Below are positions 53,617-64,000 of a DNA stretch of 64,000 nucleotides, in pieces. The translations under genes were made by a program, and so were the position numbers. Source of the DNA: Octopus sinensis. Its lineage: Eukaryota. Position 1 is the first letter of the stretch. Each line of letters begins with the position of its first letter. The notes beneath the pieces were generated by a model. The model had not been told where the DNA came from. It worked only from the letters and a program-made list of their open reading frames with translations, and did no database searches. Location: positions 5,828,001 through 5,892,000 of the forward strand of contig NC_042998.1 in NCBI RefSeq assembly GCF_006345805.1, read 5' to 3'.

Positions 53617-53797
53617 ATATACATGTGTATAGATATGTATATATACATACATATATATATGTATATATACATATATGTGTGTGTGTGGGTGTATATATTT
53701 GTGTGTGTATGCATGTATGTATATACACACACTCATATATATATATATATACATACATATGTGTGTGTGTATACATATGAGTATATACATACATACA

Positions 53798-53941
53798 TGA
53801 GTTCTGCACCAGGTCATTAGCCTTGTAATTTCTAAATGAAATACATATATGCATGCATACACACACACGCACACATACACACACACACACATATGTATTT
53901 CATTTAGAAATTGCAAGGCTAATGACCTGGTGCAGAACTCA
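53798..53941. repeat. 51-bp inverted repeat around a (CA)n spacer
   Basis: 53798-53848 versus 53891-53941, one mismatch. Confidence 0.92.
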
Positions 53942-54259
53942 ATATACTACGTTTGAGAACAAAGTGTTAGATGAGCATAGACTAGTAATAAAAGAATAGA
54001 GATGATGCAGGAAAAACAGTGGTTATGTTATTAACTTCATCAGCTTACAGGTGTTTCTGCTATAAGGTTCATCAGAGGTTCTAAGGAAGCTACAGGATGT
54101 TATTCAGTCACTCAATTAAGATTCTATTGCATCTTATAGCAGAAACAGTTGTAAGATAATTATGTTCATAGCAGAACCATTGTTTGCCCTCTGTCATCAC
54201 TATCTCGTGTGTGTGTGTGTGTATTTGTGTGTAAATGTCTATCTATCTATCTATCTATG

Positions 54260-56812
54260 GTTTCGCGTTGCAAGACAGTGTGTGAGAGAGAATTGTGATG
54301 TGGTGGGAGAGAAGTGTGTTTGCATGGAAGATGGTTCACTTGCGCTAAACGAGGATGCAAAGAGAGCGGCTTGGAGACGCCACTATGAAAGGTTGCTGAA
54401 TAAAGAAAATGAATGAGATAAAGAGAGTCTACCGAATGTTGACCCAACAGAGGGACCAGCTATCAGGGTTGATAGTTCCTTGGTAGCTAAGGCAATTAGA
54501 AGCATAAAGACAGGGAAAGCCCCAGGCCCATCAGGTATCACTGCAGAGATGCTCAAAATATCTGGTAGTGTCGGCTATAGCCTAGTCACCTGTATAGTTA
54601 ATCAGGTGATACATGAAGGAGTCATACCCAATGACTGGTGTAGCAGCATAATAGTCAACTGCTACAAAGGTAAAGGTGATGCCCTAGATACAAATAATTA
54701 GAGGTATCAAGCTGTTGGATCAGGGGATGAAGGTTACAGAGAGGGTCATAAGCCAACTAATTAGAGAGAGAGTTAGTTTAGATGAGATGCAGTTTGGTTT
54801 CGTGCCAGGGAAAAGTACCACTGATGCTATATTCCTGGTAAGGCAGCTGCAGGAGAAATACCTAGCCAAAGATAAGCCCCTGTACCTGGCTTTTGTTGAC
54901 ATGGAGAAAGCCTTCGACAGGGTCCCCCGATCCCTCATATGGTGGTCAATGAGGAAACTAGGAATAGATGAATGGTTAGTGAGAGCTGTGCAAGCCATGT
55001 ACAGGGACGCTGCTAGTAAGGTGAGGGTTGGCAATGAGTACAGTGAAGAATTCCGGGTAGAGGTAGGGGTCCACCAAGGCTCAGTCCTCAGCCCCCTCCT
55101 ATTTATCATAGTCCTCCAGGCAATAACGGAGGAATTCAAGACAGGATGCCCCTGGGAGCTCCTCTATGCTGATGACCTTGCTCTAATTGCTGAGTCATTA
55201 TCAGAACTGGAGAAGAAGTTTCAGGTGTGGAAGCATGGTTTAGAATCGAAGGGCCTTAGACTCAACCTAGCTAAAACCAAAGTCGTAATAAGTAGGAAGG
55301 TAGACAAATCACAAACGCCTTCAGGTAGATGGCCCTGCTCGATCTGTAGAAAAGGTGTAGGTAGAAACTCTATAAGATGCACCAAGTGTAAGCTATGGAC
55401 ACATAAGAGGTGCAGCAATATCATAGGAAGGCTAACTAGGAAGATGGTTTTTGTATGTGGCAGATGCTCGGGAGCATTAACCTCTGAAAATCTGCAGAAA
55501 ACAACTTCCGTTACTTTCCAGGGGGAAAAACTAGAAGTAGTTGATAGCTTCCGTTATCTTGGTGACCAAGTCAGTAGTGGGGGTGGGTGTGCTGAAAGTG
55601 TAACGGCTAGAGTAAGAATAGCCTGGGCAAAGTTTAGGGAGCTCTTACCTCTGTTGGTGACTAAAGGCCTCTCGCTCAGAGTAAAAGGCAGACTGTATGA
55701 TGCATGTGTACAAACAGCCATGCTACATGGCAGTGAAACATGGGCCGTGACTGCTGAGGACATGTGTAAGCTCACGAGAAATGAAGCTAGTATGCTCCGT
55801 TGGATGTGTAATGTCAGTGTTCATAGTCGACAGAGTGTAAGTACCTTGAGAGAAAAGTTGGACCTAAGAGGCATCAGATGTTGTGTGCAAGAGAGACGAT
55901 TGCGCTGGTATGGTCATGTGGTGAGAATGGATGAAGATAGGTGTGTGAAAAAGTGCCACACCCTGGCAGTTGAGGGGACCTGTGGAAGAGGTAGACCCAG
56001 GAAAACCTGGGTCGAGGTGGTGAAGCATGACCTTCGAACTCTAGGTCTCACCAAGGAAATGACCAGAGACCGAGACCTATGGAAGTATGCTGTGCGTGAG
56101 AAGACCCGGCAAGACCAGTGAGAACAATCAAAATCAAATCATATATCAGAAAGCAGGGGTTAAGTGACCCATCTCTTCGTGTCCGCTGTCAGCCTCGTCT
56201 GGCACCCGTGCCGGTGATACGTAAAAGCACCATTCGCTCGTGGCTGTTTGCCAGCTCTGCCTGGCCCCCGTGTCGGTGGCACGTAAAAGCACCATCCGTT
56301 CGTGTTCGTTGCCAGCCTCGCCTGGCCCCGTGCCGGTGACACGTAAAAGCACCGTCCGTTCGTGGCCGTTTGCCAGCTCTGTCTGGCCCCGTGTCGGTGG
56401 CACGTAAAAGCACCATCCGTTGCCAGCCTCAGCTGGCCCCTGTGCCGGTGACACGTAAAAGCACCGTCCGTTCGTGGCCGTTTGCCAGCTCTGTCTGGCC
56501 CCATGTTGGTGACATGTAAAAGTACCATCCGTTCGTGTTTGTTGTCAGCCTCGGCTGGCCCCCGTGCCGGTGACACGTAAAAGCACCATCCGTTCGTGGC
56601 CGTTCACCAGCTCTGTCTGGCACCTGTGCAGGTGGCACGTAAAAAACACCCACTACACTCGCGGAGTGGTTGGCGTTAGGAAGGGCATCCAGCCGTAGAA
56701 ACACTGCCAGATCTGACTGGGCCTGACGAAGCCTTCCAGCTTCACAGACCCCAGTTGACCCGTCCAACCCATGCTAGCATGGAAAGCGGACACTAAATGA
56801 TGATGATGATGA
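54260..56812 (+). mobile_element. 5'-truncated RTE-clade LINE: disrupted ORF2, minisatellite-bearing 3' UTR, (ATG)n tail
   Basis: KAPGPSG, QFGF, AFVDMEKAFDRV, GVHQGSVLSPLLF, LYADD, FRYLG, RLRWYGHV, RGRPRKTW motifs. Premature TGA at 54414-54416 and a frameshift near 54699. No APE domain present. Confidence 0.95.
54715..56121 (+). CDS. Intact portion of RTE ORF2: reverse transcriptase with an inserted PHD-type zinc finger
   Basis: 468-aa ORF with RT motifs; C-x2-C-x10-C-x2-C-x4-H-x2-C-x14-C-x2-C at 55336-55467. Confidence 0.9.
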   Translation: MDQGMKVTERVISQLIRERVSLDEMQFGFVPGKSTTDAIFLVRQLQEKYLAKDKPLYLAFVDMEKAFDRVPRSLIWWSMRKLGIDEWLVRAVQAMYRDAASKVRVGNEYSEEFRVEVGVHQGSVLSPLLFIIVLQAITEEFKTGCPWELLYADDLALIAESLSELEKKFQVWKHGLESKGLRLNLAKTKVVISRKVDKSQTPSGRWPCSICRKGVGRNSIRCTKCKLWTHKRCSNIIGRLTRKMVFVCGRCSGALTSENLQKTTSVTFQGEKLEVVDSFRYLGDQVSSGGGCAESVTARVRIAWAKFRELLPLLVTKGLSLRVKGRLYDACVQTAMLHGSETWAVTAEDMCKLTRNEASMLRWMCNVSVHSRQSVSTLREKLDLRGIRCCVQERRLRWYGHVVRMDEDRCVKKCHTLAVEGTCGRGRPRKTWVEVVKHDLRTLGLTKEMTRDRDLWKYAVREKTRQDQ

Positions 56813-56988
56813 TATATATATATATATATGTAAATGAATATGGCTATGTGTTTGTCCCTTTGCCACTGCTTGACAACTAGTGTTGGTTTATTTATGTCCC
56901 CCATGACTTTGCAGTTCAGTAAAGAGTATGAGATAAAATAAGTAACAGGCTTTAAAAAAAGTACTGGGGCTGACTTGTTCAACTAAAC

Positions 56989-57201
56989 CAGGGGTCGGTG
57001 AACCGGGGTAAATTACCCCAAGTGGGGTAAAAATGAAATTCTTGGAGGTTAAGGAGGACTCATTTGACATAAGTAAAATAATATAAAAAACATGTTCCTT
57101 CAAAGATTCTATGTTTTTTTACCTTTCAAATCCAAGGGAGTAACGTTGGCGTAAGTAAATACATTTTGGGATAATTGGTTAAAAAAGTTCCCTGAATCCT
57201 G
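56989..57201. mobile_element. hAT-type MITE, second family
   Basis: cagggg...tcctg ends; perfect 8-bp TSD aactaaac at 56981-56988 and 57202-57209. Confidence 0.78.
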
Positions 57202-57250
57202 AACTAAACCATTTGAGGTGCTGCCCTAGCATGATCAGAGTACAATGGAT

Positions 57251-57633
57251 GGAAGCACTCCGTCGGTTACGACGACGAGGGTTCCGGTTGATCCAAATCA
57301 ACGGAACAGCCTGCTCGTGAAATTAACGTGTAAGTGGCTGAGCACTCCACAGACACATGTACCCTTAACGTAGTTCTCGGGGATATTCAGCGTGACACAG
57401 AGAGTGACAAGGCCGGCCCCTTGAAATACAGGTACAACAGAAACAGGAAGTAAGAGTGAGAGAAAGTTGTGGTGAAAGAGTACAACAGGGATCACCACCA
57501 TCCCCTGCCGGAGCCTCGTGGAGCTTTTAGGTGTTTTCGCTCAATAAACACTCACAACACCTGGTCTGGGAATCGAAACCGCGATCCTATGACCACGAGT
57601 CCGCTGCCCTAATCACTGGGCCATTGCGCCTCC
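57251..57633 (-). mobile_element. tRNA-derived SINE group C
   Basis: Minus-strand head ggaggcgcaatggcccagtgattagg...ggtttcgattccc. Related copies near 15460, 40920-41216, 59870-60155; a sister type at 29755-30090 and 46270-46540. Confidence 0.8.
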
Positions 57634-57672
57634 TAGAGTACAATGACTGAATCAAGAAGAAGAGAGAAGACA

Positions 57673-57707
<35 letters not shown>

Positions 57708-60676
57708 TCTCAGCTTTTCTTCATGAAATGCGACCATTTTCCAGAATGACAAATGCCTTAAATTGAAATGTTATTTGCAAATTGCAGAAAGTCTTCGTCC
57801 TTGTTCATAGCTGAACCAAAGGCCATCTAATAATCAATGAGGAGATAGCTAATATGATCCGAAGGCATCTTCATATCAGTTACACATTTAAGTTCACAAA
57901 AGTATTGGAGTGATAGAAATAGAAAAGAAGAAGACAGTTAAATTAAATAGTTTACAGTATTTAATTAAGCCCGAAACATTTTAATATAGGCCAACATTGT
58001 GTTTTATGATCTCGGCATTGATAAAATTAGTACTAAACATGTATTGAGTTCGTTACGAGCTCTTCCTTTACTGTACCTGCCCTTTATAAAAGCATGGCCT
58101 AAAATTAGCATAGTTAAGTAACTTTAAATTCACAAAATGTAATTGCTGAAACACAAGACAAAAGATGTACTGGAAATTTTGAGCGAGCGATGACAATCAC
58201 AATTCTAATAAATTTACATGATATAGCTTAAGAACGGATTATTACATCAAGACTTGCCCTTTCTAGCTAATGTGAACAAAGACAATCAGGCTTAACATAT
58301 CAATTAAGTAAGAGTTAATATTTCAGGATTGATTATAGGTTATGGAGCAGTCAAGGCAATAATTTCCTCTTACAGGCTGAAAGTGCTTTCTCTGTCAATG
58401 GTAAACATGTTAACTGCTTTCACTTCCCCAGAGGGAATAATTTCAGAGATGCATCCACTGCAGCTGTGAAGCAGTCAATGCCTGTTGCAAAATATTTCTG
58501 CATTAAATTTCATACTGATGAGTTCCATAATAAAGTTATTTTCACACTTTTCTGTCGCGAATAAATTGCTATCTATTAACCTTATAACACCGACTCCAAT
58601 ACTACCAAACAAAATCTTTTATGGCTAAAAGGAAAATGTCCTTTGGTGGCCAATCTATATTTTGCTGCGTATCAATATTCTAAAAACTTAAATTTCACAT
58701 GACAATGTCAACTGCTCATTACAACATTCTAATGCCTGCTGACACAAATGCACAAGCTCACACGTGCAAGCAAGTAATGCAATTGGCCACCCCAAGACCT
58801 GGTTGTTTGTATGTTATTTTTCTCTTTGTTTTAGCTTACAATGTTTAAGCAACAAAAAGCTATAAAAAAATGGAGGGAAAAAGAAAGAAAAAAAAAAGCA
58901 ATTAAGACTGTTTTAGTTATATGTGAGGGAGAGAGTGATGAATAGAATAAATTTCGTACTGGAGTTTATGTTAATGAATTACTGTAGTTTTTATAACAAT
59001 TTCATTGCCAGAAGGCAGTCATTCTGGTACCAACATTATTGTTTTATGGTTGCCATCAGAAGTTATATTGCGTCCCTCTCCAAGGTGCACATTACTTTAG
59101 TATCTTAGTAAATTATAGCAGCTAATGGGTCTGGGAACACACATTTCCTGACACATGACAGATTGAAAAAATGTCATAAACAGTGAAAGAAAGCTTCCCA
59201 AAAAGAGAACACATTTTAAGTATGATAAAAAAAAACAACAAAAGAAAAAAGCACTAATACTAAATGTAGTATTCTTTGCTACTATTGAAAATTTTATCTA
59301 CTTCAGTTGAAATAAAAACTGTTGTTTGAAGGAAGAAAATAAGTAATGATCCTAATAATTTGGAAGGTTAATATAATCTAAGAACTAATGAGAAGATAAT
59401 TCCTGTCTTGTGACTTGGTCATGTGTTCAATAATAAACATATCAAATAGATTGGCACAGGGTCAGCCAAAGCCTTGTGAGTGGATTTGCCACAAAGAAAC
59501 CACAAGGAGTCTATTCAATGTGTGTAGTGGTGGTGGTTGTGGTGGTGGTGGGGGTGTGTGCTTGGCGTCACATTATAGTCGTAAGCGAGTGTCACTATCA
59601 TACAAGCAGTGTCATTCATTTTTGGTCTTCCATGAAAATATGTCCATCCAGGAGGAAAAAAAAAAAAAAATATGACCTTACTTGGAAATGAATGAGGGTT
59701 AGCAACGTGAAGGATGTCTGGCCAGAAGACAACTGCCCCAGAAAAACTCCCACTGACACCAACTGACTGGTGATGATGATGATGATGGGCATTCAATGAC
59801 CACCACCACCAAAAATTTGTGATGCACAGCACTACTATCCATCCATAAAACGTACATAAAAAAACCTCGCATTTTTCAAGCTTAGCCAGGCACATGGGCC
59901 CGGTTTCCGTAGCATATGTGTTCCCCCCAGCTGGACGGGATGCCAGTCCATCACAGCATTACTCAAGAAACAAGAAAAGAGAGTGAAAGTTGTGGCGAAA
60001 GAGTACAACAGGGGTTGCCACCACCCCCTGCCGGAGCCCTGTGGTGCTTTTTTAGGTGTTTTCACTCAATAAACACACACAACACCCGGTCTGGGAATCG
60101 AAACCACGATCTTCCGATCGTGAGTCTGATGTCCTAACCACTGGTCCATTGTGCATGTTTTATGTATATAATGTCCTACATTAAACAAATGTGCATTTGC
60201 CAAACTTTCATTCATTATTACGTCTTGAGGATTAACATATAATATTTCAAAATTTCAATCTACTTCTCTTGTAAATCACATTGACGATAGTGATGATGCT
60301 GCCTGAGATTAATTTTAAGCAGTTACAAGTATATTAAAGACAGTGAATGTATAACACTCGAATGAGAAATTTATAGGGCTGGTGATTATTTCCAGTATCT
60401 ATTGTGTTGAGTAGAAGATATAGAATTCTCACCCTCAATAAGTCAGTAATCTATCAAGGTAAATGTACCTACAAGAGCAAATGAAGCCATAATTGTGGCC
60501 AATAAATCAGTTTCAATTTCACATCCAGATGATGTTTACAACAATGAATAACACTGCTCAGAGCACACAGTAAAAGCACGAAGTTCATTGTTGAGAGTTA
60601 ATGGTCTTGACTACATATACAGGGTCCACTAAATCCTATTAGTTGGCTATCTGGGATTCTGTTAACTAACTTTCTA

Positions 60677-61093
60677 TACTCTTTTCTTTACTCTTTTACT
60701 TGTTTCAGTCATTTGACTGCGGCCATGCTGGAGCACCGCCTTTAGTCGAGCAAATCGACCCCGGGACTTATTCTTTGTAAGCCCAGTACTTATTCTATCG
60801 GTCTCTTTTGCCAAACCGCTAAGCGATGGGGACGTAAACACACAAGAGCATCGGTTGTCAAGCAATGCTAGGGGGACAAACACAGACACACAAACACACA
60901 CACAGATACATACATATATATACATATATACGACAGGCTTCTTTCAGCTTCCGTCTACCAAATCCACTCACAAGGCATTGGTCGGCCTGGGGCTATAGCA
61001 GAAGACACTTGCCCAAGATGCCACGCAGTTGGACTGAACCCGGAACTATGTGGTTGGTTAGCAAGCTACTTACCACACAGCCACTCCTGCGCC
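60677..61093 (-). mobile_element. SINE family A
   Basis: Match to family. Confidence 0.9.
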
Positions 61094-61308
61094 TATATTT
61101 TTATTTCAGATGAATAGAGCGGTAATTAGTAAAGTGACATATTTTTTATGTGCGCATTATGCAGGTAGGGGAAAATCCAAGCTGTGCTCTGGTTACTAAC
61201 TATATATAAATGCTTCATCCAAGTGTAAATCTTGTATTATTTGATTCTATGAAGAATTTAAAGGAAATTTCCAACAAGTTTATCCAGCATGGTCAATTCT
61301 GTGATTTG

Positions 61309-61712
61309 TCTTTTACACTCTTTTACTTGTTTCAGCCATTTGGCTGTGGCCATGCTGGAGCACCGCCTTTAGTCGAGCAAATCGACCCTAGGACTTATTC
61401 TTTGTAAGCCTAGTACTAATTCTATCGGTCTCTTTCGCCGAACTGCTAAGTTACGGGGATGTAAACACACCAGCATCGGTTGTCAAGCAATGTTGGTGGG
61501 ACAAACACAGACACACAAACATACACACACACATACATATACATATATACGACAGGCTTCTTTCAGTTTCCGTCTATCAAATCCACTCACAAGGCTTTGG
61601 TCGGCCCAGGACTATAGTAGGAGACACTTGTCCAAGGTGCCATGCAGTGGGACTGAACTCGGAACCATGTGGTTGGGAAGCAAGTTACTTACCACACAGC
61701 CACTCCTATGCC
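61309..61712 (-). mobile_element. SINE family A
   Basis: Match to family. Confidence 0.9.
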
Positions 61713-63110
61713 TATATATTATTGTATTAGCAAATGAATCATTTATAGTGGAAAATAAAAAAAAACCAAAAATTTTTTTCCAGCTTCCTGTTTTGTTTTA
61801 TATATGTGTGTGTGTGTGTATGTGTGTGTGTGTATGTGTGTGTGTGAATTTTTCAATATGTAACCAGGTTAACAGCTGAATTAAATGCAACAGGTTTTCT
61901 TGTAAAAATAGTCCCTGACCCTAGGCTCAAAACATGTAATTTGTAACAAAGTTCTAATATTTATAATCTTTGCAAGATGACAAGCCCAATCTAGATGACC
62001 AACACTTTTATGTTAAGCGGTAAGTTCAATCTCTTCAAATGATACACAGTTATTTTTTTTGCCAAATAGATTCAAATAGGTTTTATTTTTACAAAATTTT
62101 TAGAAACCGAGAGAATATCACAAATTTCTGAAAGACTTATGAAACAATGGCTCAATTGGAAAAATATATTATTTTCTTCAGGATTCACTTAAAAAATTTC
62201 TGTTCTCTATCTTTTTTTTTTCTTTTCACTTTTAGTTAACATTCTATTTTGCCCTTCACAAAAACTGATGAGAACAGCATTCCCCGCCCCCCTAAAATGG
62301 TACATCTTACCACCTCACTGCATTGCTATAAAGCTAACTAACCTTAACAGTAAATTTTTCCTTGTGACAGTGCTTAATGTAAACAGCAGCACAAGTGTAT
62401 TGCTTCATATAGCTTGTGAAGCCACAAGGTATAATAGCAAACTTCATTAATGCTGGTATCTGTAATGCACACAGCTGACCTGCATCAGATTATCTCCCTT
62501 ACAGGAATATAAAATGCAATTCAAGAAAGCTACCAAATCTGGAAAATTTAGTTCTCTAGAGTTGAAGTGAATGATAAATCTGGTCAGCTTAATCAAATTA
62601 GCATAGAACCTGCAGTCTCTTACAGTACATTTCTATTACCATTTTCCCTATAACCATGTGTAGTCTGTATTACAACAGGTGTTGACAAATAGAAGAGCCA
62701 TCCAGTATTGGAAACTCTAACCACACCTCAGCGAAATACAGTACTTGAAGATCCCAAATGTGGTGAAAGAGAGCATCGAATATTCGGAAAATAATTTGCG
62801 TGGAAGGCTGTTGTTTTTAGAAATTTCTTCCAACCATGTTCATCATCATCATCATCATCATCATTTAGCGTCTGTTTTCCATGCTAGCATGGGTTGGACG
62901 GTTCAACTGGGGTCTGGGAAGCCAGAAGGCTGCGCCAGGCCCAGTCTGATCTGGCAGTGTTTCTACAGCTGGATGCCCTTCCTAACGCCAACCACTCCGA
63001 GAGTGTAGTGGGTGATTTTATGTGCCACCGACACAGGTGCCAGACGAGGCTGGCGAACGGAAAAATATATTAGAATGGAAAAATATATTTAACATGAATG
63101 AAGATGATGT

Positions 63111-63150
<40 letters not shown>

Positions 63151-63305
63151 GGATGATGTTTATGGCTTCTTGATTTGAAGCGCATCATTGTTGCAAAGAT
63201 ATTAAAGACATTACATATGTAGATATGAAAATATGCCTCGACTTAAGTAAACACACGGCAGCATACACATGTATGTGTGTGTGTGTAAGTATATGTGTGT
63301 ATATA

Positions 63306-63341
<36 letters not shown>

Positions 63342-63365
63342 TGTATGTTAGTATGTATATGTGGG

Positions 63366-63439
<74 letters not shown>

Positions 63440-64000
63440 GATCATGCATCTTTCTGTGAACATATGCAAAATTACAAACAGACATATCTGATAAGTATTA
63501 TTTTTTTTCCTGGAAAATAAGTCCACCTACATTTTTGGCTTATTAAATGAAAAAAAAAAATAATAATAAAATAATTAAACAATAAATTTAATTATTTAAT
63601 TCAGATAATAATAGTAATATAACAACAGTAACAAAACGATCATAAGCATAATCTACTTCCATACTAAATGAAATATGAAATGAAAAAAAAAATCCAATTA
63701 CAAATGTCTAAGATTAAGAAACTAATTAATTACATAATGAAATATATTGGGAATATATTAGAAGAATAATGTTTAAGCCAATTATAAAATGCACAGAAAA
63801 TAACAGCATGCGAAGATATCCAAAACAGAGAGAAAGACAAATAACATGCCTTACTATTTTTTTTAATGTAATGATGCTTAATTGAAGTGTAAGAAATGTT
63901 AGATAACTGGAAGAGTTAGATAACAAGGGAAAGTCGGCAAAAACAAAATCTATGATGGGAAGGGATGGTTGAAATCTATTTTATCATGATCCTAGGTCTT

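Noticed and set aside
49761-53916. Many C/V/Y/I/H/T-rich ORFs
   Set aside because: Translations of dinucleotide microsatellites.
56160-56660. Repeat array resembling CRISPR
   Set aside because: Eukaryotic context, no cas genes, and the apparent spacers are themselves repeated; it is a minisatellite in a LINE UTR.
60286-60335. Hammerhead-like spacing (tgatga...agca gttac aa gta)
   Set aside because: Both core blocks are mutated; not distinguishable from chance. Other lone CTGATGA hits (38235, 48305, 58515, 62265) lack a correctly placed GAAA.
49426-64000. Upstream DDX49 helicase-core exons (for example GRTARAG)
   Set aside because: Not found by eye; probably beyond the window, though a small exon could have been missed.

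Overview
AT-rich, repeat-dense eukaryotic DNA. The SINE, LINE and microsatellite content is typical of an octopus (coleoid cephalopod); this is inferred from repeat families, not from a database search. The one host gene I can support is on the minus strand: the last three coding exons of a DDX49/DBP8 DEAD-box helicase (49425-49337, 47540-47469, 10658-10395), with a last intron of about 36.8 kb. I found no upstream exons in the window. Downstream of the gene, part of the terminal exon and 3' UTR is copied twice more in a tandem duplication joined by an AAAATTTT-core satellite. The rest is mobile DNA: a 5'-truncated RTE LINE whose ORF carries a PHD finger, many RTE 3'-tail copies with a minisatellite, CR1, R4/Dong, HERO-like and BovB-like fragments, three tRNA-SINE groups, mariner, piggyBac and hAT MITEs, a Helitron, and inverted-repeat elements with degenerate hammerhead-ribozyme motifs (Penelope-like). 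Almost all supplied short ORFs are repeat artefacts. Repeat boundaries were read by eye and are approximate.
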